NCBI GenBank assembly: GCA_036401215.1
Contig: DASWVN010000240.1
Span: forward strand, 4,036 to 68,035
Source of the DNA: Vicinamibacterales bacterium
Lineage (GTDB): Bacteria > Acidobacteriota > Vicinamibacteria > Vicinamibacterales > 2-12-FULL-66-21
Length of the DNA: 64,000 nucleotides
Direction: 5' to 3'
Positions 56,086 to 64,000 of the stretch are shown in pieces. Made by a program: the position numbers and the translations under genes. The first letter of the stretch is position 1; each line of letters begins with the position of its first letter. The notes beneath the pieces were generated by a model. That model searched no databases and was not told the origin of the DNA. It saw only the letters and a program-made list of their open reading frames with translations.

Positions 56086-57689
56086 ATCGCGCGCTCCTGC
56101 CGCTCGTCCTTGGGCTGGGTCTGGCGGTCCGGCTCTGGGGGATCGGCTTCGGCCTGCCGCACGTGCTCGCGCGTCCGGACGAACTGTTCATCCTCGGCGC
56201 CGTCATCAAGATGCACGAGGGGAACGCGAACCCCGGCTTCTTCGATTACCCCGGCCTCTACATGTATGTCGTGGCCGGGCTCTACTCGCTGTTCTACGGC
56301 GTCGGCCTGATCGCCGGCTGGTTCACGGATTCGGCGCACTTCGTCCGGAACTTCGCGCTGAACTGGGAACCGTATTTCCTGCTCCCGAGGATCGCGGGCG
56401 CGCTGTTCGGGACGGCGACGATCGCCGTCGTGTATGCGATCGCCCGGCAGTACTTCGACCGGATCGTTGCCGTGCTGGCCGCGCTGTTCATCGCCCTGGC
56501 GTTTCTGCACGTGCGTGATTCGCACTATGCGACGACGGACGTGCCGATGACGTTCTTCGTGGTGGCGGCGATGCTCGCGACCGTGTACGTCCACCGCGGA
56601 CGCTCCGCGACGGACGCCTGGCTCGCCGGCGCGCTCGCGGGCTGCGCCGCGAGCACGAAGTACAACGCCGTCCTCATCGTCCTGCCGATGGCGCTCGTCG
56701 AAGCGTTCCACGCGTGGGACAACCGGCGCGACTGGCGGAAGGCGCTTCGCGAGACGCACATCGTCCGGATGGCCGCGGGATCGATCCTCATCTTCGCGCT
56801 CACGAACCCCTACCTGTTCCTCGACTTCGAGCACGCGATGAGCGACCTGCGCGCGCTCCAGGCGTCCACGGCGGGCGGGATGACGCCGCCCGAGATGCTC
56901 GGACGCGGCTGGACCTACCACCTGCCGCACTCGCTGCGCTACGGACTCGGGATCCCAATGCTCGCCGCCGGGCTCTTCGGGATGATCTGGATGGCGGCGC
57001 GCGCGCCGCGGACCGCCGCGATCCTCGCGCTCTTTCCCATTGCGTACTACGCCGCCGCCGGCGCCGGGCACAACGTCTTCGTCCGCTACATGATCCCGGT
57101 CGTGCCATTCCTGTGCCTGTTCGCCGGCTACGTCGTCGGCGAGATCGCCGCTGCCATGTCCCGCATGAGCGTGCGATTGCGGGAGCCCGCGATGGCTGCC
57201 GTTCTCGCGGGAGTTGTCGTCGGACCGTCCGCAGCGAGCGTCGTCCAGTTCGACTACCTCCTGTCGCAGCCTGACAATCGACTCGTCGCCGCCGGCTGGG
57301 TGCACGAGCATGTTCCAGCCGGCAGTCTGATCTTCATGAGCGGCAATCTGTACGGACGGCTGCAGCTCGAACGCGGGCCGGACAAGAAGTATCAATATCT
57401 CGATTGGGACTATCGCGGCGAAACATTCACACGCGATCATCGTCCGACCGGCGAGCTGCCGGACTGGATCGTCGTCCAGCGGTCCGGGATCCCGTACAGC
57501 CACATCTCGCCAAAGGTGGAGGCGCTGATCAAGCGGGAGTACGACCTGATCCAGACGTTCCGTGCGGCGGATCTGTCGAAGGACAACTTCTACGACATCC
57601 AGGACGGGTTCTACGGCGCGTTCGGCGGCTTCGACGGCGTGAAGCGGTTCGGGCCCAACTTCGAGGTGTATCGAAAGCGCGATCGGTAG
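56082..57689 (+). CDS. GT-C glycosyltransferase, family 39 / ArnT-PMT_2-like
   Basis: 535 aa from the ATG at 56082 (ATGA overlap); ...RPDELFILGAV...FFDYPGLYMY..., HVRDSHYATTDVPMTFF. Confidence 0.8.
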   Translation: MNRALLPLVLGLGLAVRLWGIGFGLPHVLARPDELFILGAVIKMHEGNANPGFFDYPGLYMYVVAGLYSLFYGVGLIAGWFTDSAHFVRNFALNWEPYFLLPRIAGALFGTATIAVVYAIARQYFDRIVAVLAALFIALAFLHVRDSHYATTDVPMTFFVVAAMLATVYVHRGRSATDAWLAGALAGCAASTKYNAVLIVLPMALVEAFHAWDNRRDWRKALRETHIVRMAAGSILIFALTNPYLFLDFEHAMSDLRALQASTAGGMTPPEMLGRGWTYHLPHSLRYGLGIPMLAAGLFGMIWMAARAPRTAAILALFPIAYYAAAGAGHNVFVRYMIPVVPFLCLFAGYVVGEIAAAMSRMSVRLREPAMAAVLAGVVVGPSAASVVQFDYLLSQPDNRLVAAGWVHEHVPAGSLIFMSGNLYGRLQLERGPDKKYQYLDWDYRGETFTRDHRPTGELPDWIVVQRSGIPYSHISPKVEALIKREYDLIQTFRAADLSKDNFYDIQDGFYGAFGGFDGVKRFGPNFEVYRKRDR

Positions 57690-57881
57690 GGCGCCCCTTT
57701 ATCGCCCTTTATAGGGGCTTTGGCCAGTTTCAGAGCCGGCCTTCGGCCGGGGTTCCAGAGGGTTCCAGAAGGTTCTCGAGGGTTCCAGTCGGTTCCAGTG
57801 GTTCCGGGTTCTTCGTGGCGGCGCGCGTGGTACGTGCGGTACCCCTCGGCTGTAGGGCGCCCCTTTACGGGGCGCCGGAAC
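57686..57881. repeat. intergenic element bounded by 16 nt direct repeat GTAGGGCGCCCCTTTA, with GGTTCCAGNG decamer tract and GGCGCCCC-TTTAC-GGGGCGCC hairpin
   Basis: Direct repeats at 57686-57701 and 57852-57867. Hairpin at 57856-57876 is identical (as reverse complement) to 39597-39617. Confidence 0.9.
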
Positions 57882-59133
57882 TGGGGAACCTGCCCTGCAG
57901 CACCAGCATCCCCGATCCCCTGACGCTCGTCTTCTCACCGGGCGCGAGCGTCTTCGATTCGCGCTTCGCGCCGGTCAGCGGATCGATCGTCTCGAACTCG
58001 ATCCCGCGCCGCGCGGTGAACTCGGCGGCGCCGTCGACTCCGATCGCGATCACGAAGAAGCGATCCTCCTTCACCGAGGCGAACGTGTCGATCGCGCCGT
58101 CGACGGTGAATGGATGCCCCTTCGAGGCACGCCGGTGGTGGTCCCAGTTGGCGATGTCGCCCGGCACGTAGCGGCGGGCGTTGCCGAGGCCATCGAGGAT
58201 GGCGTTCGCTCCGGGCATGTCGGTGATCGACTCGCGTCCCCAGACGCCCGCGTCGGTGTGGAAGACGTAAAGCCCGACGCCCGCCATCCACGACGAGACG
58301 GCTGCAGCAACGACCTTGACCGGATCGGTCTCGCTTGCCACCGAGCTGAGCGGACCAATGGGTTCGTTGTTCGAGACGACCGGCGGCAGTCCCTTGCACT
58401 CGCGCACGTCCCAGGGTGCGACCACCGGCGCCCAGCGGCCTGCCGGACCCTCCGCGGAGCGAGGGAAGTGCTCGGTGAGGATCTGCAGGTTCAGGCCGCG
58501 GTACATCGCGAGATGATCGGCGCAATCGTGGCCGTCAGAGTCGCTGGCCGCGACCGGAATCTCGGTGCCTTCGTCGAGGCGCCGGGCCAGCGTGCGTAGC
58601 TCCTCGAGACCGTCGGGGCCTTCGAAGCCGTTCTGCCAGCTCTCGTTGGCGACCTCGAAGTGCATGATCTTGTGCTCGCGTCCCTTGCTCATCGCCAGGA
58701 ACCGATCCACCAGCTTCGCACGATCCGCGGATTCGGGGACCATCTGATCGGCATCACCGAAGATCGTCCACTCGATCCGCAGACCATAGAAATCGAACGC
58801 GTGGTCCGTCAGCCCGGCGATCATCTCGTCGTAATCGGGCCATCGCGAATCGATCACACGGCCGGCCCATGCAGGCTGCCGTCCCACGACTCCGAGCGCG
58901 CGGATGTAGTCGAAGTTGTGCTCTGACAGAAGCTTCAGGTGCGCATCGAGACGGGCAGGATCGTGCTTGTAGGCCCACAGCGCCCAGAACAGCGATGCGC
59001 CGAGAGCAGGGAAGGGGCCGCGGTCATCCGCGACCGCACGTCCACTGACGCGGACGATGCCGGATGGCGTCTGGACCAACAGCGTCGCGGTGGCAAGGGC
59101 TGTGGTCATGAGGATGGCGAGAAAGCGCTGCAT
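57865..59133 (-). CDS. secreted clan GH-A (GH5-like) glycoside hydrolase
   Basis: 422 aa; signal peptide; HFEVANESWQNG (acid/base NE) and SNNEPIG (candidate nucleophile). Confidence 0.75.
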   Translation of the reverse strand: MQRFLAILMTTALATATLLVQTPSGIVRVSGRAVADDRGPFPALGASLFWALWAYKHDPARLDAHLKLLSEHNFDYIRALGVVGRQPAWAGRVIDSRWPDYDEMIAGLTDHAFDFYGLRIEWTIFGDADQMVPESADRAKLVDRFLAMSKGREHKIMHFEVANESWQNGFEGPDGLEELRTLARRLDEGTEIPVAASDSDGHDCADHLAMYRGLNLQILTEHFPRSAEGPAGRWAPVVAPWDVRECKGLPPVVSNNEPIGPLSSVASETDPVKVVAAAVSSWMAGVGLYVFHTDAGVWGRESITDMPGANAILDGLGNARRYVPGDIANWDHHRRASKGHPFTVDGAIDTFASVKEDRFFVIAIGVDGAAEFTARRGIEFETIDPLTGAKRESKTLAPGEKTSVRGSGMLVLQGRFPSSGAP

Positions 59134-59179
59134 ACGGCCGTTGCTGCAAAGCCGACGCCCAAACGCGAACGATCGTGGA

Positions 59180-61309
59180 CTACGGCTCTACATTGCCCGT
59201 GTTCGCGACGGCATAGATCGAGATCGTAGGGTTACGGTAGACCGGAACAAAAAGAGAGGGATCAGAGGCGAATCGCTCGTCCACGCCGGGGTGCGCTTCC
59301 CGCTCGGGAGGGCCGACGAGGACATATTTCACGTGCGCCCGCGACGCTCGGTGATGTGCGGCGGCCGGATCGAGGTCGTAAATCTCGCGGATGCGCCTGG
59401 ACCGTTCCTCGTACTTGTGGAGCGGCACCATCGAGATTGGCAGGCCCGCGGACATCCGCCGGCCGGCGAATGCCGGCAGGTACGCCCAGGTGCTCGAGTC
59501 GCGCGCGACCGGATCGACCTGGAACACATCGGCCGGGAACGTGTGGCGCTGAATCCAGGCGAAGGCATCAAGCTCTTCCCGCGACAGGATCAATGTCCAG
59601 CGGAAGCCCGGCCCCATCTCCCGGTTCGTGATGTCTTGTGTGTTGTAGAGGTCGATCACCAGCGTGGGCGCGGATGCCACGATGATCAGCAGGACGACGC
59701 CCCAGCTCCGGTGACGCCATCGGCTGGCAGAGGCGAGGCGCTCGAACGCGAAACCAATCAGAACGGCGCTGACGATGAAGGTCAAGTGCCCGGCCCGCCA
59801 TCCCACGTAGACGTTCTGGTGATCGCGGATGTCGAGGAAGAAATAGAAGACCACACAGATCGCCAGGACCGCGAGCACCGGGCTCAGATCCTCGCGGCGG
59901 GTGCGCCACGCCACCGCGGCGCCGGCGCCGGCGAGAGCAAGTACGGGTCCGAAACTCAGGAGGGTTGCGATCCCGACGTTGTGCGTCGCGACCGGGTTCA
60001 GGCCGAACATGATCACCTGGCCGCCGCGGTCAACGTACTGAAGGAGGATCACGGACGCGATCGAGATCGCGAGCGGTACGGCGGCGGCCGTGACGTGCAG
60101 TCCGACCCGCTGCCAGTCGCGCCACCGTATGACCGAGACGGCTTCGTGCAGGGCAGCTGCGGAGGTGAACATCAGTCCCGCGAAGGAGCTGATGAGGGTA
60201 CTGAGTCCCAGGAGAAAGGCGCCGCACCCCATCGCCGCCGGGTCGAGACGGCGCCGGCGCAGCGTGATGAGCAGCAGCCCGAGTACCCCCGCCCCATATC
60301 CCAAAGCGTGATGCGGCTGATACCACAGCAACCGGTGAAGCCCGTCGATCGGCATACTTCCCAGCAGCCAGCGCGAAACCGCATCGATGTTGAAGGCACG
60401 CAGGTAGACGAGGGGGACCCCCTGGCGCCAGTGCTCCCACATGCCGTATAGCCCTTCAAAACTGGTGAACAGCAGGCTGCAGGCCACGGCTGCCGCCGCT
60501 GCCCAGGGCGTGCGCACGAACTGGCGCGTCATCCCGTACAGCAGCGCCACGAACATCGCATCGGTGAGCACGGACCGCACCAGGAGCACGTCGTCGAGAT
60601 CGGCTGCCAACGGGGCCAGCATCGTGTACTCGACGGCCGAGTGGAGATGCGGAAGCCAATAGTAGTGCAGCGTATCGCCGTGGTAGAAGGGATTGACCGG
60701 CAGGAAGCTTCCCTTCACGAGCTCGAGTACGACCGCGCGTCGCCACACGTAGTCAGCCGTGAAGTAGGCGCGGTACGCCTGGCCGTCGCCGACCTCGGCA
60801 CCGACGCGCCAGAATGGCAGCGTGACGAGCAGCGGCACGATCGACAGAATCAACAGCAGCCAGATCCTGTCGGAAGGGAGGGGAGACGCGAGCCGCCAGC
60901 GATCTCGCATGCGCCCGGCTGGAACCGCCAGCAGCGCTGTCAATGCTGGCGCTGCGGCGAACAACCAGGCCTCTCGCCCTCCAGCCGCCCACAATCCGAG
61001 GAGGGCGAGGCTGCCGAACGCGTGGCCGAGTATTGGCCCAAACGTCAGGGGCACCAGCCAACCCGCGCCGGGCGCCGCGCGCCGCACGATCAGGACGCCG
61101 GGCGCCGCGATCAGTCCGTGCGTGAGCAAGCCGGCGATCGCCACAACGGGCTCACTGGAGGCCAGGAGCGCAACCGCATAGGCCCCCGCGACCAGTCCGG
61201 CAAGCGCTCCAAGGTGCCGGCGGCCGGCGACCGTGCCGTTCCGGACATCACCTGGAACGATCCTGTCCGTGACAGCCTGTCCGGAGGCTGGTGAGGCCTG
61301 ATCAATCAC
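59180..61309 (-). CDS. large polytopic membrane protein (GT-C / polymerase-like) with C-terminal periplasmic domain
   Basis: 709 aa; more than 14 predicted TM segments by eye; no family motif recognised with certainty. Confidence 0.7.
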   Translation of the reverse strand: MIDQASPASGQAVTDRIVPGDVRNGTVAGRRHLGALAGLVAGAYAVALLASSEPVVAIAGLLTHGLIAAPGVLIVRRAAPGAGWLVPLTFGPILGHAFGSLALLGLWAAGGREAWLFAAAPALTALLAVPAGRMRDRWRLASPLPSDRIWLLLILSIVPLLVTLPFWRVGAEVGDGQAYRAYFTADYVWRRAVVLELVKGSFLPVNPFYHGDTLHYYWLPHLHSAVEYTMLAPLAADLDDVLLVRSVLTDAMFVALLYGMTRQFVRTPWAAAAAVACSLLFTSFEGLYGMWEHWRQGVPLVYLRAFNIDAVSRWLLGSMPIDGLHRLLWYQPHHALGYGAGVLGLLLITLRRRRLDPAAMGCGAFLLGLSTLISSFAGLMFTSAAALHEAVSVIRWRDWQRVGLHVTAAAVPLAISIASVILLQYVDRGGQVIMFGLNPVATHNVGIATLLSFGPVLALAGAGAAVAWRTRREDLSPVLAVLAICVVFYFFLDIRDHQNVYVGWRAGHLTFIVSAVLIGFAFERLASASRWRHRSWGVVLLIIVASAPTLVIDLYNTQDITNREMGPGFRWTLILSREELDAFAWIQRHTFPADVFQVDPVARDSSTWAYLPAFAGRRMSAGLPISMVPLHKYEERSRRIREIYDLDPAAAHHRASRAHVKYVLVGPPEREAHPGVDERFASDPSLFVPVYRNPTISIYAVANTGNVEP

Positions 61310-61349
61310 GATGTCGGTTCCGGGGGGCCGTTAGAGATTGGCCAGCGTT

Positions 61350-62504
61350 CTACCGGGCATCCGCCAGCGCCGCCGCCGCCTTGTGCTGATGCCGGCGCCG
61401 CTCTCCCTGAGCCCGGACCAGGAACTTCGCGTAGGGGACGATCTGCTTGATCGCGGCCACGTTCATCTGGCACGGGCTCAGGCAGGTGGGGCACTTGTGG
61501 TCGCGGATGAAGTCGCGGTGCTCCTGGCTGGCGGCGGCGAAGTACAACGCCTCGGGATCCGTGTCCTTGACGTTGCCGACCACGTCGCTGTTCTCGCAGA
61601 AGAAGAGGCCGCCGTCAGGGTTCAGCATGATCCCCTGCGTCTGGAACGGGCAGGGGGCCGTGCGGTGATAGCCGTTGGCGATCATGTCCGCGTAGTGCAT
61701 GTAGATGTAGTTCTGCCCGTCCATCAACGGATCCATGCGGACCCGGTCCAGGAAGAACTGCCGCATCCGCTCCTCCTCGGGGCCGATGGGCTTCCACTTC
61801 ACTTCGAGCTGCTCGTTCCCGAGCATGGCATCGGTGAACCGCACCATGTTGAAGACGATGTCGAGCTTTTCCTTCTTCGCCCAGGCGAGGATGTTCTCGG
61901 CGTCATCCAGGTTCATGTGGAAGATGGTCGTCGAGACGCCGAAGTTGAAGCGGTGCTTCTTCTGCAGCTCCTGCATCGCCCGGATCGTCTGGTTCGCCTT
62001 CTCGAACCCGCGCTTCACCTTCCGCACCTGGTTGTGCATCTCGCCGACGCCGTCGATCGAAACGCGGAAGCTGAAGATGACGTTGCGCTCCTCGCAGAGT
62101 TCCACGATCTTCGTCAGCATCGGGATGGCGCGGTGAGGCGTCAGCCCCGTCGTGTTGAGCCCGAACTTGCGCAGACGCGGAAGCTTGTCGAGCATCACCC
62201 GCGCGATATCGACGAGGTCGTTTCGCGTCGTCGGTTCGCCGCCGGAGATGTTGGCGTTCTCGATGTTCTTCCAGAGCGGCGAGTCGAAGCACTTCTCGAT
62301 CTCGGCCAGCGTCATGTCTTTCTTGCGGTCCCCCCTCGTCCAGTTGCTGCACATCTCGCAGCGCGCATCGCAGACGAACGTGCAGTGAAAGATCAGCACG
62401 GTCGGATGGATGGGCTTCATTTTTGCGACGACGCTGTTGACGAGGTCCCGGGGGGCCGAGACGGCAGCCTTGGCGAGATATTTCAGGGCGTAGACTTGCG
62501 CCAT
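61350..62504 (-). CDS. radical SAM enzyme with SPASM/twitch-like C-terminal Cys motifs
   Basis: 384 aa; CDARCEMC (CxxxCxxC), GGEPT; C-terminal CPFQ...FFCENS...CPTCLSPCQ. Confidence 0.88.
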   Translation of the reverse strand: MAQVYALKYLAKAAVSAPRDLVNSVVAKMKPIHPTVLIFHCTFVCDARCEMCSNWTRGDRKKDMTLAEIEKCFDSPLWKNIENANISGGEPTTRNDLVDIARVMLDKLPRLRKFGLNTTGLTPHRAIPMLTKIVELCEERNVIFSFRVSIDGVGEMHNQVRKVKRGFEKANQTIRAMQELQKKHRFNFGVSTTIFHMNLDDAENILAWAKKEKLDIVFNMVRFTDAMLGNEQLEVKWKPIGPEEERMRQFFLDRVRMDPLMDGQNYIYMHYADMIANGYHRTAPCPFQTQGIMLNPDGGLFFCENSDVVGNVKDTDPEALYFAAASQEHRDFIRDHKCPTCLSPCQMNVAAIKQIVPYAKFLVRAQGERRRHQHKAAAALADAR

Positions 62505-62516
62505 AAGTGATTGATT

Positions 62517-63443
62517 TTAGGACTTTTTCTGGCGCAGGTAAAGAATGGCGCCGGGCACGTTGGTCGCGATACCGCTCAGCACGATGAGCGTCGTGAGCGC
62601 GAGTGCCTCGCTTTCCGGGACCCCCACCGGGGTCAGCAGCCACACCATGAGGGCCTGCGGCGCGCCGAATCCGCTGATCGAGATCGGAAGAAGCAGCGCG
62701 ATCAGGCCCACCGGCATGAACAACAGGTAGTACCCGAACGGCACGTCGATGCCGATCCCCTGGCCGAGCACATAGGCCTGGAAGATTCGCAGGAGCTGCA
62801 CGCCGACCGACAGCGCCAGCACGAGCGCGACGGCGCCGCGGTGGCCCCGGTAGGCGGCCAGCGCGTCGGCGTAGCGGAGCGCGCGGATCCCGATCCGCCG
62901 CTCCGCAAGCGCCGGCGGCATCAGCGCCCGGACCCAGGAGTCGGCCCACAGGAACGCGACCGAAGCAACGACGCCGAGAGCCGCGCCCGACATCAGGACG
63001 GCCTGGCCGTCCGCGCCGCGCCGCCAGAACGCCGCCCCGACGAGCCCGACGAGCAGGATCGAGATGAGCCCGAGCAGGCGATCGGCTGCCACAGAGGCGA
63101 TCGCCGCGCCACCCTGTGAGGTGCGCTGCGTGAGCGTGTACGCACGCGCGAGATCGGCGCCCACCCCGGCGGGCAGAAAGCTGCCGACGAACGAGCTGAC
63201 GAGATAGATCCAGGTCGCCGATTTGGTGGAAATGGGTTGACCGGCGGCGCGCAGCAACACGAGCCAGCGCGTGACCATGACGGCGCGGTCGATGACCAGC
63301 AGCCCGCCGACGAGCGCCAGCGTCCAGAGGTCCAGCCGGCCGATCGCGCGGAGCGTCTCGCCGCCGTCGATCTTGCGCAGGATCAACGCGAGCACCGCAA
63401 CGGTGACGAGGGCGCGGATCCAGAACGACCGGCTGAGCGTCAC
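62517..63443 (-). CDS. UPF0104 / lysyl-PG-synthase-TM-like flippase-like membrane protein
   Basis: 308 aa; 8 TM pattern, ...LVSSFVGSFLPAGVGADLARAY... Confidence 0.8.
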   Translation of the reverse strand: MTLSRSFWIRALVTVAVLALILRKIDGGETLRAIGRLDLWTLALVGGLLVIDRAVMVTRWLVLLRAAGQPISTKSATWIYLVSSFVGSFLPAGVGADLARAYTLTQRTSQGGAAIASVAADRLLGLISILLVGLVGAAFWRRGADGQAVLMSGAALGVVASVAFLWADSWVRALMPPALAERRIGIRALRYADALAAYRGHRGAVALVLALSVGVQLLRIFQAYVLGQGIGIDVPFGYYLLFMPVGLIALLLPISISGFGAPQALMVWLLTPVGVPESEALALTTLIVLSGIATNVPGAILYLRQKKS

Positions 63444-63476
63444 GTCACACCAGGCCGGTGGCAGCTCTCAGCCTGA

Positions 63477-63582
63477 ATGGGAAATGGTAAATGGAAAATG
63501 GCAAAGCGTCCGGATGATGACCGGTTTGCCATCTTCCATCTACCATCTTCCATGCAGGATGCGTTCTTCAGCATCCTGCTAG
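63477..63582 (+). repeat. repeat family B copy 2
   Basis: atgggaaatggtaaatggaaaatggcaaa...tttgccatcttccatctaccatcttccatgcaggatgcgttcttcagcatcctgctag. The terminal CTA is the stop codon of the upstream methyltransferase. Confidence 0.9.
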
Positions 63583-64000
63583 GCCGGTTTGCGCGCGACG
63601 AACTCGAGTGTTTCGAAGAGGTTCTTCCGGACCTTGAAGAGCAGGTCCTCGGTCCCGGTATAGCGCGACAAGGTGTTCAGACCGGGCAGATTGGTGAACA
63701 GGGCGCCGGCCGCCAGCAGGTCACGCTTGAGACCCTTGGCCGCGCCGATGCTGCGAACCACCTCGAGGATCTCGAAGCCGCCGTCGTAGAGCAGCTGCCG
63801 GACCCGCCGCTCCGTGGTCACGAAGTTGTGGGTGTAGTCGACGTCCCAGAAGAACGTCCGCTCTTTCAGGTAATCGGGAACGACGACGAAGAACGTGCCG
63901 CCCGGCTCGAGCACGCGCCGGGCTTCGGCGACGAACTCGCGCGCGGCGTCGATGCCCGACATGTGCTCGAGCACCTGGTCGGCGTAGACGACATGGGTGC
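63579..64000 (-). CDS. class I SAM-dependent methyltransferase, C-terminal part (runs off right edge)
   Basis: ...VVYADQVLEHMSGIDAAREFVAEARRVLEPGGTFFVVVPD. The frame is open to position 64000. Confidence 0.85.
   Translation of the reverse strand, partial: THVVYADQVLEHMSGIDAAREFVAEARRVLEPGGTFFVVVPDYLKERTFFWDVDYTHNFVTTERRVRQLLYDGGFEILEVVRSIGAAKGLKRDLLAAGALFTNLPGLNTLSRYTGTEDLLFKVRKNLFETLEFVARKPA

Overview
High-GC bacterial chromosome segment (about two-thirds G+C by eye, not computed). The gene content suggests Acidobacteriota: ADOP-type MacB permease, sigma-54 two-component systems, many GT-C membrane glycosyltransferases; this assignment is inference only. Layout, left to right: (1) the edge of an integrated element: a tyrosine integrase, a translationally coupled cargo ORF running off the left edge, and a tRNA 3' fragment; (2) a nucleoside/pentose salvage cluster (upp, deaminase-like amidohydrolase, hpt, rpiB, deoC), where RpiB and DeoC carry unusual N-terminal extensions; (3) an MscS channel; (4) a minus-strand operon: MacA-like adaptor, ABC ATPase, MacB/FtsX permease, sigma-54 response regulator, histidine kinase; (5) a ClpP-like peptidase plus a hybrid histidine kinase; (6) treZ plus a GDE-type debranching enzyme, then rsgA, a nitrilase-family hydrolase, small lipoproteins and tRNA-Phe; (7) ftsB, recA, a YdjM-like hydrolase, hbd, thiolase, DUF721, maf; (8) a complete System I cytochrome c maturation cluster with a Cys-type (CxxxY) CcmE, a CcmF-CcmH fusion and two extra inserted genes; (9) aroA-aroK-phosphoesterase, an RsbW-like kinase, an IMPase and an OMP; (10) a roughly 19 kb envelope-glycan cluster (45-64 kb) with four GT-C paralogues, a GT2 polyprenyl-phosphate glycosyltransferase, DedA, a UPF0104 flippase-like protein, a radical SAM/SPASM enzyme, two methyltransferases, an AsnB-like amidotransferase, an acyltransferase, an SGNH lipoprotein and a GH-A glycosidase. 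The most unusual non-coding signal is a set of intergenic hairpin-forming elements built from tandem heptanucleotide units. Each locus has a different unit sequence but the same architecture. The elements often abut or supply stop codons, and one pair brackets tRNA-Phe. No CRISPR array, rRNA, transposase or recognisable defence system was seen. All calls come from reading the translated ORFs and the DNA by eye; no searches were run.
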